Shown here piece by piece: positions 10,548 through 21,077 of a DNA stretch of 64,000 bases; position 1 is the stretch's first letter; each line of letters starts with the position of its first letter. The notes under the pieces were generated by a model, which was not told the origin of the DNA, did not search any database, and worked only from the letters and a program-made list of their open reading frames with translations. This stretch comes from Histomonas meleagridis 2922-C6/04-290x. Taxonomy: Eukaryota; Protista; Parabasalia. The stretch is from assembly GCA_020184695.1 (NCBI GenBank), contig JAANOX010000080.1, forward strand, positions 248,001 through 312,000, written 5' to 3'. Made by a program: the position numbers and the translations under genes.

Positions 10548-13500
10548 TTAGGCTGTATTCTGCTGTTTCAATGATGCTCTAAACTCTTCTAACCCCTCAT
10601 CCTTTGGCTGTGGGTAAATTTCGTCCATCATCTTCAGCACAATCGGCTTACTTCTTGTCAAACATTCTTCGATTTCATGTGCATTGTTCCTCTTATAAAA
10701 GCTCTTCAAATCTGCGACTGCTGAGAACATGTCCTCTAGTTTATACTTTTTACTTACGACATCTTCGATCTCAGCGATAATCTTTTCTTGGATTTGACGA
10801 TTACTTTCGAGGAGCTCATTGAGGTTCTTTTTGAATTCGTCTGGCGACTTCTGATACATTTTAGACAATTTATGATATTCTTGAAGAAATTCTCTTTGTG
10901 GAATAATTTGCTTGAACAAATTGTTCCAATTTTGTATGTTCTTTTTCATTGTTTCGGTTTCGCTTCTAATTTTAGAATTACGGCGAAGTAAATCGGATAT
11001 AATTTGAGTTTTGTTGAATAATTTTTCTTTGTAATGTTGAATTTGTTGTTGAATATGTTCAATAATCTTTTTATTATGTTCATATGTTATTTGTTGGTTT
11101 ATGATATAATAATATGAAAGTAAATTTTGATTTCCGGGACTCTTATTATCAGATGAATTAAGAATTTCTTCAAGATTTTGTTTAAATTCATTGTTGAACA
11201 AGTGCTGAGGTAATGGCTCTGTTTCAAGTTGTTTTATTTGTATTAATTGTTGTTGGAAGTATTCAAGTTGTTCCTTGTGTTCTGTTGACTTAAGGTTTTG
11301 TGTGAAATTCAATTGTTTCAATTTTTCCTCAAGTTTTTCAATGATTTTGTTAACTGAGAATTCTGTCGAAACGGTTTTCTCGTTCAAATGGATTTTGTAT
11401 GTTTCAAGTATTGAATTTGCCTTTTTCATAAACTCGTGTTTCAAATGTGACAAATGCACATCGGTATTGAAAACCGTTTTGATTTCTGGGAGTAAAACTT
11501 GGAATGGCTTTGAATCCATATTGATCATCAACGTTCTAATTCTTTGAATTTTATCAATTTCTGAGTAAATTTTATTTGAATACTTTAGTTTCTTCCTTAA
11601 ATATTCATCTCGTCTATCGTACAAAATTTTATACTTTGAATTTAATGCTATGTTCGGATGTAATATAGGCTCAAGTTCAAACTTATTAGAGAACTTGATA
11701 AGCCCAAAGCTGGATGAATAAACATATTTTGATGAATCAAATGCACCAGAAAGTGTCCATTTAACACCATCGAATTTCCAAATGTCATTATATTGGTCGC
11801 CTTTTTCATTATAACCACCTGCTACGTATAAATAATCGCCAGAAACATATGCCTGATGTGAACATCTTGGAGGAGGACAATCACAAGTCATATGTTCCCA
11901 TACAGGATTCAGGAGACCGTTAACAGTCAAATTCAATGCCCAAAAATCTGACATCAAATTTGATGTTTCATTAACACCTCCGAACAAATAAATTTTATTT
12001 TTGTACAATGTGAAAGTACATTTAGCTCTTGGAGGAGGTAATATACCTTGTGGTATGAATTCTCGATAAGTATATGCGCCATTTTGATATATCATTAATA
12101 ATAATTTCTTAAATAATTCATTGTTTTTCTTTCCACCAAATGTATATATATAAGAAATACCATTTTCAGTGACACAAGCACTTGAATGATATGAAAGATT
12201 TGGAAATACAGAGCCAATTAATCGAACCTTTTCCCATTGTGGTATAACGCCATGATGAAAAGCCCAAAATTGTAATCCTTTATCATCATCATCATTACCA
12301 CCTAATAGACCAATTCTATCATTTGGCAAATTAAAGATAGAAAATTCATTTTTAATTTTTGGTACTTCATTAACTTTACATAACTTATATTCTTCATTAA
12401 GACTCTTCGCCATGAATAATGAAATTTCATAATTTTTATCTCTAAATATAAAGAATCCATTACCATTATTACATATAAATGATGTAACCTTTTCTGGATT
12501 ATTAATAGGAAATGTTTGTAATTTCTCTTTGTCAAGTTGATTTTCATCACCAACACGAATACCAAAGATATTATCGTTATGCATCGTGTCGGTTTTGACC
12601 TCGACTTTATCAAATTTGTTCAAATGCGGACTTAATAACACCTTAATGTGCTCTATCGTCGCTTTATCTGTAATTGAATTCTTGATGTTGGACGGTAACG
12701 GTGTCACTTTAATCGATGTAAACGGTATCGGAGGTTTCTCTTCTTCAACGGCCGATTGTAATTGTGATAAAAGAGGATCGGCAGAGAATTTCGACTTTTG
12801 TGATGTAACCGACATCGTATCGTTGTCATCGGGGGTGGGTAATTGTGCTAAAAATGAATCGGCTGAAAATTTCGACTTTTGTGGGACAGCAGATGTCGAC
12901 TTGATGGAATTGACTGAACTAACCGACGCGTTATCGGTATCGTCAAGGCTGAGTTGTGATAAAAATGAATCCTCTGAAAATCGACTTTTTCTTTTGGTTG
13001 GCTGATTTTCCCCGTTTTCATCGATGAAGTTGATTTTGTACCCTGGAATATTTGAGTTGTATTGCTTTTCATTAACTTCATGGATTAAGTGTGAGTCTGG
13101 TAATGACATTGGTCCTGAGATTAATTTGCTTGAGTCAATATCAGAATTAATACTTATCGTATCAGAAGATTCTGCACTGTCGGAGATAATAGAGTCGAAA
13201 GCAGAATCTGTACAAAGACTTCCCGATTTTTGATCAGAAATGGGCTTGGACTCATATTTGGGAACACGAGGCAAAGAAAGTCGTTTGCCGGGTTGTAAAT
13301 GAGCTGGGCTTGGACGTGTAGTGGGTGATTTTGAGGAATCAGTATTATCTGGTATCGGCATTGAACTTGGTGGTTGAATTGGAGGAATCGTTGTGAAATC
13401 AATGCTTGCAGTGGATGAAGTGCTATTGACATTTGAGCTAATTGATGGAATATCAGGTATTGACACGATTGGAGATTTATCAGTACTACTAACAATCGAT

Positions 13501-14243
13501 GGTATTCCTGATGTACTTGAGGTGGAGTCATCAATGCCACTGACATTTGATGGAATTTCGGTTATTGGTTTATTTGAAGATTTATCAATGGGCGCAAGAT
13601 TAGGTGGATTTAATGGTGGCGCTGGAATTGAAACACTTGGGGGAGGTGGAATTGTGCTTGGTGGTGTTTCTGGTGGTGATATATTTGGAGGTGGTATTGG
13701 CGTTACTGGCGGTATATTAGGTGGATTTAATGGTGGCGCTGGAACTGATGTGCTTGGAGGCTGAATTGGAGATACTGGTGGTAGCTTTGGTGGATTTAAT
13801 GGTATTTCTGGAACAGGAATACTTGGATGCTGTGATTTTGACAATGATAATATGCTTTGTGGTCCAGATGGTATTTCTGGTATAGGAATTGTTGGAGTGC
13901 TAGATGGAATTGGTATTGTAGGAAGTTGAAATCCATTTGGAATTGTTGGCATTGAAATGCTTGGAGGAGATGGGTGATTTGATGGAACATTCGGTATTTC
14001 AGGAATTGGAATTGCTGGAATAGTTAAATCTATAGATGGTCTTCGAGTACCAGAATTATCAGTCGGAATTATTGGTACTGGTATTGTTGGAATTGTAGGT
14101 AAAGCTGGCAAAGTGGGAAGTGTGGGTAATATGGATGGCATATTGTTAACTTGAGGCGCTGTGGTGGAAGAATTACCACCTAGAGGTGGTGGAGATGTGT
14201 TACTGGAGGTAGTTGAGCTGTCTTTCGGGTTTGGTTCTGTCAT
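10548..14243 (-). CDS. Proline-rich N-terminus, Kelch repeats and C-terminal coiled coil (1231 aa)
   Basis: Kelch motifs YIYTFGGKK, PPPRAKCTFTLYKNKIYLFGG, PPPRCSHQAYVSGDYLYVAGGYN. The N-terminal ~300 aa are Pro/Ser-rich. Confidence 0.85.
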   Translation of the reverse strand: MTEPNPKDSSTTSSNTSPPPLGGNSSTTAPQVNNMPSILPTLPTLPALPTIPTIPVPIIPTDNSGTRRPSIDLTIPAIPIPEIPNVPSNHPSPPSISMPTIPNGFQLPTIPIPSSTPTIPIPEIPSGPQSILSLSKSQHPSIPVPEIPLNPPKLPPVSPIQPPSTSVPAPPLNPPNIPPVTPIPPPNISPPETPPSTIPPPPSVSIPAPPLNPPNLAPIDKSSNKPITEIPSNVSGIDDSTSSTSGIPSIVSSTDKSPIVSIPDIPSISSNVNSTSSTASIDFTTIPPIQPPSSMPIPDNTDSSKSPTTRPSPAHLQPGKRLSLPRVPKYESKPISDQKSGSLCTDSAFDSIISDSAESSDTISINSDIDSSKLISGPMSLPDSHLIHEVNEKQYNSNIPGYKINFIDENGENQPTKRKSRFSEDSFLSQLSLDDTDNASVSSVNSIKSTSAVPQKSKFSADSFLAQLPTPDDNDTMSVTSQKSKFSADPLLSQLQSAVEEEKPPIPFTSIKVTPLPSNIKNSITDKATIEHIKVLLSPHLNKFDKVEVKTDTMHNDNIFGIRVGDENQLDKEKLQTFPINNPEKVTSFICNNGNGFFIFRDKNYEISLFMAKSLNEEYKLCKVNEVPKIKNEFSIFNLPNDRIGLLGGNDDDDKGLQFWAFHHGVIPQWEKVRLIGSVFPNLSYHSSACVTENGISYIYTFGGKKNNELFKKLLLMIYQNGAYTYREFIPQGILPPPRAKCTFTLYKNKIYLFGGVNETSNLMSDFWALNLTVNGLLNPVWEHMTCDCPPPRCSHQAYVSGDYLYVAGGYNEKGDQYNDIWKFDGVKWTLSGAFDSSKYVYSSSFGLIKFSNKFELEPILHPNIALNSKYKILYDRRDEYLRKKLKYSNKIYSEIDKIQRIRTLMINMDSKPFQVLLPEIKTVFNTDVHLSHLKHEFMKKANSILETYKIHLNEKTVSTEFSVNKIIEKLEEKLKQLNFTQNLKSTEHKEQLEYFQQQLIQIKQLETEPLPQHLFNNEFKQNLEEILNSSDNKSPGNQNLLSYYYIINQQITYEHNKKIIEHIQQQIQHYKEKLFNKTQIISDLLRRNSKIRSETETMKKNIQNWNNLFKQIIPQREFLQEYHKLSKMYQKSPDEFKKNLNELLESNRQIQEKIIAEIEDVVSKKYKLEDMFSAVADLKSFYKRNNAHEIEECLTRSKPIVLKMMDEIYPQPKDEGLEEFRASLKQQNTA

Positions 14244-14630
14244 TTTTGTTTTTGCTTCCAGTTTATTTAAATTTGACTGATAAACTAATCAATTTCTTTT
14301 GAATGGTTTATTGTAAAAGGAAAAATTAATTTTTATGTTCGTTCTTGGCAGTTCTTTTAAGTTTTTAATACTAATTTTTTGTGTAAATGGATAAAACATT
14401 TTCTTTTTAAAATTCATGTTTGCAAAATACTAAACAAAAATTATGGTAAAAATACATTAATAAATTCATTTCAAAGATTGATCATTTTACCCAATAACAT
14501 TATTTGTAATATATAATCCAAAGTTATGGGGTGTTTTTTGATCATTATTAATTCTAGATATAATTGATATCATTATCTTTATTTATATAATCATCGTTTT
14601 TCTTAATGTGGATGTTCATTTTCCCCAGAA

Positions 14631-15058
14631 TTAACTTTGATTTTGTTGCTTTTGCTGCTGTTTCTGCTGTTGTTGTTGTTGTTGTTGAACTAAAGATGCT
14701 TTCGCGTCAAGGTGTTGGTGTATTTGTTGTAAAACAAACCCTGGATTATTAAACAATTCGCCGTTTTGATTTATTTGCTTCATTTCTCTAATTACATTCT
14801 GTTTCATTTGATTTGGAGTTACCGTTTTACCTGGACTTATTTCTATAGGAGCGTTGTTAATGTCGATAAGCATTTTCACAAAATTTTCATCAAAAGAAAC
14901 ATCAGGTTGTGGGGCTTGTTGAATCATTGATAATTGTTGTGCTTCTTTTTTCTTTCCTAACTCAACAAGCAACTTTTCTTTCTTTTTCTTTCTTTTTTCA
15001 AATTTAGTTCCAAAGTTTGGGGTAGGCTTGAGTTTTCTTTTTTGCTTGATATTCATTA
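14631..15058 (-). CDS. Small Lys-rich, poly-Gln-tailed hypothetical protein
   Basis: ORF from the ATG at 15058 with a basic KRKKKKEK patch and a C-terminal QQQQQQQQKQQQKQQ tract. Confidence 0.6.
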
Positions 15059-15160
15059 TAAACGAACAGAACAAACCCTCTCAATTAACGAACAGAAAGT
15101 TGGGGAGCCCGAGATTTAAACGTTTTCGGGTTTTGACCGTTTAGTGTACGTTAAAAAGAA

Positions 15161-16537
15161 ATGTCATCCAGAGATAGTTTGGATGATGTTAGTGAAGCAA
15201 CTTCAATTTCATTTGGTGATGAAGACGTTGATGATTATGACGAATACTCAGACGTTCCGGTGAAAAAAGCTAAACTACAGATTTCAGGTGATTATGAAAT
15301 TGCTAATGAATCGTCATCAAATGATAGTGATCTTGTTCAATTTATTGAATCAAATGTTCCTACTTATGAAGACCATTCTTTGGATTATTTATTTTCGTCT
15401 GATCAAATTTCCAAACCTAAAAAAGTTAATCAAAAAAAAATAAATGAAATAATTCAAAAATCAAAAAAATCACCAAACTCAAAGAAGTCAGTTCCAGTAC
15501 CGTCAAAGTCAGAAAAAGACCTTCAAATTTCAACACCTAATCAAATAGATAAAGAAAAATCTGATACACCATCAGACAGTAATGAACTCACCCGATTTAT
15601 TGAGGCAAACGTTCCAGTATACAAAGATTATTCTTTTGATAATTTATTTTCATCTGATCAAAATTCCGTACCTAAAAAGCTTAACCAACAAGAAAATCGC
15701 TCAGTTAAATCAAAAAAGTCTTCCAACACAAGAAAGTCACTACCATCACCATCAAAATCGGGAAAAGATCTTCAGATTTCAGCTCTTGACAAAGCTAACA
15801 AAGAAAAATCGGATACACAATCCGATAGCAATGATCTTGTCCAATTTATAGAAGCAAATGTTCCAGCTTATAAAGATCATTCTTTTGATCATTTCTTTTC
15901 ATCCGACCAACCACCCGAGAAACCAAATTCCAAACCGAGCATTGATATTTCTCCAATAATAAGAAGACCAACGCCAACAAAAACTGAAAGATATTCGTTA
16001 AACGATAGTGATCTTGTCCAATTCATTGAAGCGAATGTTCCTTCTTATCAAGAGCATACATTAGATAAAGTGTTTCTTTCAGATCATATTGTTAATGAAA
16101 CCAAAAAAATTAATCAACAAGAACATATGCAATTCCTTCAGCGACAAGAGCGTTCATCATTTACGAAGACTTCTGTCCCACTTTTAGACGAAATCAAAAA
16201 CGAAAATAAATCATTTGTAAATAAACGAAGTAAACAGATACTTAAAGATATGAATGGTAAGCCGAGAAATCAAAAGCCAATAGAAGTGCCAAAGGAAGAA
16301 GAGAAATTCTCTTTTCACCCGAAATATCAATCAGATCCTAAGCTAAGAGAAAACGCAAAGAAATTGGTGTCGAAAAGGAAAAGAGAAAAAGAGAAAATAG
16401 AAAAATCAAAACTAGAACAATACTTAAGTAGTCAGCAAAAACAAAAACAGAAGTCAAAAGACTCGCCAAAATTCAATCGAAAATTGTTGTCAGTGTTGCA
16501 CAAGTTTGAATCTGAATCTGATTCTGATTCTGATTAG
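15161..16537 (+). CDS. Low-complexity protein with four copies of a ~29-aa motif
   Basis: 458-aa ORF with the repeated motif (S/N)DS(N)DLVQFIEANVPxYxDHSFDxxFSSDQ. Confidence 0.75.
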   Translation: MSSRDSLDDVSEATSISFGDEDVDDYDEYSDVPVKKAKLQISGDYEIANESSSNDSDLVQFIESNVPTYEDHSLDYLFSSDQISKPKKVNQKKINEIIQKSKKSPNSKKSVPVPSKSEKDLQISTPNQIDKEKSDTPSDSNELTRFIEANVPVYKDYSFDNLFSSDQNSVPKKLNQQENRSVKSKKSSNTRKSLPSPSKSGKDLQISALDKANKEKSDTQSDSNDLVQFIEANVPAYKDHSFDHFFSSDQPPEKPNSKPSIDISPIIRRPTPTKTERYSLNDSDLVQFIEANVPSYQEHTLDKVFLSDHIVNETKKINQQEHMQFLQRQERSSFTKTSVPLLDEIKNENKSFVNKRSKQILKDMNGKPRNQKPIEVPKEEEKFSFHPKYQSDPKLRENAKKLVSKRKREKEKIEKSKLEQYLSSQQKQKQKSKDSPKFNRKLLSVLHKFESESDSDSD

Positions 16538-17116
16538 AATAAAAAGAAAATTCGTTTTGCAAAAGATATAAGATATAGGTTCAATAAATTTTGTTAATAG
16601 TATCAAATTGTTTTTTATTTATTACCAAAAGTAAAAGTTGCGTTTTAGTTTTTTCATTTATTTTTATCATAATATTCTAATGTATTTTTTATGTTAGATA
16701 TCTAAAAGCTTTAACAAAAATGAATCTGAACTTATTATCAAAGAAATACAATGCAAAGTTGATTATCTTCAAAAAATTATATAATTAACTTCAACATAAT
16801 CACTCAGAATATTTCATTCTTTATTTTCTCAAAGCAGCTTCATACATGAAGATAGAAAATGATGACCTTTCATAAATTGATAGCATTGTTATAACGTAAA
16901 GCACCATTTATAATAAGTTTCAAGTAATTTCACAAATGGTGGATAACAATAATCATATTTTTTAATAATAAATATTAAATTTTAAATTTAATTAATTTTA
17001 TTATGTTTCGCGTTAAAACAAGCAAAAATATCCAGAACTGAATGAAAACCGTAAGAACGAACTCATATATTGTGGCCGTTTAAAAAAAATTGCTGAAATC
17101 AAAACAAGAAGCAGAA

Positions 17117-18514
17117 ATGGAATGGCCAGAAACAATAGATGACCTCCAATTTTTTGTATCTCGCCTAAACACCAGCGCGCGTGTCAGATTTGTTGTAAAA
17201 ATTCTTGCAATTTTACATTTTACCAAAGATCATCCAGAATATATTTCCAAAGTTGGTGGCGCATGGATGGGAGATGGTCGCCACTTTATAATAAATTCCA
17301 AAATAGTTGGTGAATTTCTTGATTTACGAGCAAATTCAATTAATACTAATTTTCGTGATCATGGATTCATAATTCTCACTAGTGAAACCGACAAAATTCG
17401 AAAACAATTTCCTAATTTGACTGATGTACATCATTGGAAAATGCGTATGCATCCAACAGAAGATTTCACTTCAGATTCAACTCTTCAATCAGCTAATGAG
17501 CTCCCATTCGCCCCAGCAATTCCACAAATTGAACAAACAGACAAGCTTATACCCAAAGAGTTATCATCCTTTTTGACCACAGATATGGTTCACTCATTAT
17601 ATCAAATCTATAATTTACTTGAACCACAAGACTCAGAAAATCCCATTGACGAAAAGTCTTATTCCAATCTTTTACTGATTCTATTTAAGGTTTGGAAAGA
17701 GAAAATATCACAATCACCAGAAACTGATTTTAACACTGCCATCGACTTTTTTCTTTCCAATGAGACTGATCTTTCTGAAGAATCCAAGCTACAGCTTGAA
17801 ATCAATCTAACCTTTTTCCTTGAGCAAAGAGATGATTGTTCCCAAATAACAAATAGCTTTTCTTTTGATTCCTTTGTCAAGTTATTTATCCGTTTTGGTT
17901 GTTTTTCAGATTATCTACAAACGCTTAAAGAGATAACATATTTTGTTCTTTCTGATTTTGAACCATTTACAGCGCCAATCATTTCCTCAGATTATGATGC
18001 CAAGTTTGTCGGCTGGTTTTCACCGTATCATCGGAGTGAACAATACATTCCTAATCCCGGCGATTGGATTTGTAACCCATCAAAGAAAATAAACGTTTTT
18101 TCACTTCACCTCCGACAAGAAGACGATACGATAATATCGATACATATTTATCATAATTCAACAGAAGAAGATCAAACGAAACGATATTCTGTTAATTTTA
18201 GAGACAATGTTAAATATAGTCCAACATTAGATATAATGTTTAGAGAGATATTATCATTAAGTTATAAGAATTCAAAACCAAATTCACATAATAGTACAAC
18301 ACAAATATATGTAAAATATGCTGATTCTTTAGTAAGTAAAAATGAAGAAAATACAGAGCAAGTTAATAATGACGAATGTCCTTTCGAAAAATTCACACAT
18401 ACATTCGACGATTCACAATTCGCTTTGATGAACTCACAGCCAGTCGGCGACTCGCAATTCATAATGTTTAACTCGCAGAGCTCACAAGGAACTTTTGGTG
18501 ATAGTCAAATCTAG
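17117..18514 (+). CDS. Initiator-binding-domain (IBP39/IBD family) protein
   Basis: RFVVKILAILHFTKDHPEYISKVGGAWMGDGRHFIINSKIVGEFLDLRANSINTNFRDHGF is typical of the trichomonad IBD winged helix. First ATG is at 17117. Confidence 0.75.
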   Translation: MEWPETIDDLQFFVSRLNTSARVRFVVKILAILHFTKDHPEYISKVGGAWMGDGRHFIINSKIVGEFLDLRANSINTNFRDHGFIILTSETDKIRKQFPNLTDVHHWKMRMHPTEDFTSDSTLQSANELPFAPAIPQIEQTDKLIPKELSSFLTTDMVHSLYQIYNLLEPQDSENPIDEKSYSNLLLILFKVWKEKISQSPETDFNTAIDFFLSNETDLSEESKLQLEINLTFFLEQRDDCSQITNSFSFDSFVKLFIRFGCFSDYLQTLKEITYFVLSDFEPFTAPIISSDYDAKFVGWFSPYHRSEQYIPNPGDWICNPSKKINVFSLHLRQEDDTIISIHIYHNSTEEDQTKRYSVNFRDNVKYSPTLDIMFREILSLSYKNSKPNSHNSTTQIYVKYADSLVSKNEENTEQVNNDECPFEKFTHTFDDSQFALMNSQPVGDSQFIMFNSQSSQGTFGDSQI

Positions 18515-18987
18515 ATCTGACAATAAATTATTAATTTTTATATAATGTTTTCTTCATCATTAAATGGTTTTTTAGTAAACAATTTAAATGAATATCACAT
18601 TTTATGTTTTGCGAATGAGAAGAATCAAATTGGATGTGCTGAAGTTATTATATAATTTAATATTGAAAGCCATTTAAACTACAATAAAAATCCATATTCA
18701 TCTTCCCAAAAATATTTTATAATTAAAAATGTTTTTATAATACAATAAAATCCAACATATAAAAAAAAATTGCGATTATACTTAACAAAACATTTGTTTA
18801 CATACATGATGTTCTTCCAGAATGAAATTAAAAAGAAAAAGATTTTGATTTTTTTTTTTTTGGATTATTAACTCATTTCACAACTTCCATGAAAAAATTT
18901 CCTTTTCTTATATTAATTACAAAACAAATAAAATATTATCTCTAAAATCAATTAATATTATACTTTATCATATAACTTATATATTCA

Positions 18988-20082
18988 TTATTCCATTTCG
19001 ACCTCATCCAAAGAAATCGGGAAGTCGCTCAAGTAGTTAATTTGCAGCTTCCAAATGCCTTTTTCCCATTCGTAGCTTATGTGACTTACGTTTTTCCTTT
19101 CCGCATATTTAACCATTTTCTCCTCCAATTCTTTGCATTCATTTTCATCAATTATGTCAGGCTTTGTTCTTAGTGTTTTCCATTCTCCTCTATTAGCATC
19201 TGGCCAAATTCCTTCCATATATATAATCGCAGGACAAAACATTGAAACGCATTCAGGGATTTCATCGTAAAGTCTAAAGTCATATGGAACAAGATCCTTC
19301 ACCTGAATTTGTAAGTTATCAAAGAAAACAGGAAACATGAAATCGATCTTTCCGACATTTTCAGAGTGAATTGAGAGCTTTACTTGATGACCACCAAGCT
19401 TTTGGCTGAACCGGAGGGGAACATCATTAGCATATGTTACTTGTTCGGACTCTTTATGTTGAACAAGGCCCTTAATTGATCCTAAAGAAGTTTTAATTTT
19501 TGAAGTAATTCCAGGAATGAACACTGTGCTTTTGATGGCTGTTTCTCTGTTTTCTGGTTTTAGCGTTGGTGCTACTTCACATGGTTCATCTGGTTCATCT
19601 TCATATTCATAATCAGATTCAGAAACATCAGAATCAAAATCATGACCACTTCGCCAATATTGATGTGAAGCATTAAGCTTAGCTTTGAGTGTATCTAAAT
19701 AAGTTGTGTCTTCTTCAAAGATTATTTCAGAAATTTCTTCTTCCTCTGCTTCTTCTTCTTGGCATTCATATTCATCATACTCAATATCAAAAGAATAAAT
19801 GTCTGGACATTCTGATTCAACTTTTTCCTTAGGAACAGGCTTAAATTGTAGCTTACCATTTACTTGAGGTTTACTTGAAGCTTCGTTTTTAGGTGTTGCT
19901 TTGGATTCCATGAATGTGTACCCAGGGGAAGGATTTGAGTTTGTTTTATTATCAGATACATTAATTTTGAAGTTAAAATTAAAGTTTGATTTGGACTCTT
20001 GCTCGAAAGGAGAGGTTTTTTGTTTGTTTTGTCCAGGTTGAGGGCACACTTGTTTTACTTCTTTTCCTGTTTCATTTTGCAT
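18988..20082 (-). CDS. Acidic protein with a C-terminal Nup98/Nup145-type autoproteolytic (peptidase S59)-like domain
   Basis: VGKIDFMFPVFFDNL...LYDE...AIIYMEGIWP...EEKMVKYAERKNVSHISYEWEKGIWKLQINYLS aligns by eye with the Nup98 domain (GSIYF..[53 protein letters not shown]). Confidence 0.6.
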   Translation of the reverse strand: MQNETGKEVKQVCPQPGQNKQKTSPFEQESKSNFNFNFKINVSDNKTNSNPSPGYTFMESKATPKNEASSKPQVNGKLQFKPVPKEKVESECPDIYSFDIEYDEYECQEEEAEEEEISEIIFEEDTTYLDTLKAKLNASHQYWRSGHDFDSDVSESDYEYEDEPDEPCEVAPTLKPENRETAIKSTVFIPGITSKIKTSLGSIKGLVQHKESEQVTYANDVPLRFSQKLGGHQVKLSIHSENVGKIDFMFPVFFDNLQIQVKDLVPYDFRLYDEIPECVSMFCPAIIYMEGIWPDANRGEWKTLRTKPDIIDENECKELEEKMVKYAERKNVSHISYEWEKGIWKLQINYLSDFPISLDEVEME

Positions 20083-20302
20083 TTTCCTCTGGTCAGATAA
20101 ATTTAACTAACTTTGTTTGATTTTTTGTTGTTTTATTAATGAAAAAAATGAATCAACAAATAAATAAAAATACAATAAATTTGAAATTTATCGCCAAATG
20201 TATAAACACTAAGACTTCCTTTATTTGAAATTGGTTGTTCCCTTATTACTGCTTCTTTATGTTGAAATCATCTCGTAAAGAAGACCGTTATTCAAATACG
20301 TT

Positions 20303-21068
20303 ATGAAGAAAAAAGCAACAATTTTTAGTGCCTCCCGTAATGGTAATGTTTCAGATATAGAAACTCTTCTCCAATCTGGTATTGATGTTAATAAGATTTA
20401 TTTTTTTAATTTGCTGATAATCTTTTTCCAAAATATTTCTAGTTTGATCAATTTAAACCAGGTGTTTTCCTTAATTATTTTGGTGTCCAATACACTACGC
20501 TTCTTTGTTTGGGAAAAAAGATGCTGTAAAATGTCTAATCGAACATAATGCAGATGTAAACAAAATGACTGATGGTGTCAATTTAAACCATTTATAATTG
20601 TCTAACTAGCTTATTTACAGAAGTTTGTTTTATTTTATCAAAATTTCTTTTATGATTTTGGCGTTTATTTTGCATATTTGGAGTTTTTTCATTCTATATT
20701 TTTAGGCAGGGAATGTTTATTTAAAATTTTCGATAAATTCGAAATTCGTTTCTTCTTTTCATTGTTCGTTTTTTTATTTTCAGGTTTCTTTTTTATTCTT
20801 TTTATGGGTTTTTTAATATCTTTTGAGTAACTCCTCTCATCATTGCAGCTAGAAAAGGTTATAATGGAATTGTTTCTATTCTTCTTCGTGCAGGCGCTGA
20901 TCCAAAGATATGTGATGTTTATTTTTTATATTTTTAATTGGTCAAAGTGCGAGTGATTATGCAAACCAAAAAACACGTGCAGTCTTGAATTATGAAGCTT
21001 CGTTTTTAGGAGGTGAAAATGAATTTACAGAAGAAGAGGAAGAAGATACAAAAGATGAAGATTCTTGA
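20303..21068 (+). CDS. Short ankyrin-repeat protein interrupted by three non-coding inserts
   Basis: Segments MKKKATIFSASRNGNVSDIETLLQSGIDVNK | WCPIHYASLFGKKDAVKCLIEHNADVNKMTDG | VTPLIIAARKGYNGIVSILLRAGADPKICD | GQSASDYANQKTRAVLNYEAS...EDS* (stop at 21068) are separated by T-rich inserts. Confidence 0.7.
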
Positions 21069-21077
21069 TTAAAACAG

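Noticed and set aside
20575-20620. Canonical short trichomonad intron (GT...TCTAAC...AG)
   Set aside because: TCTAACTAG and a later ACAG exist, but splicing there leaves about 200 nt of non-coding sequence before the next ankyrin module.
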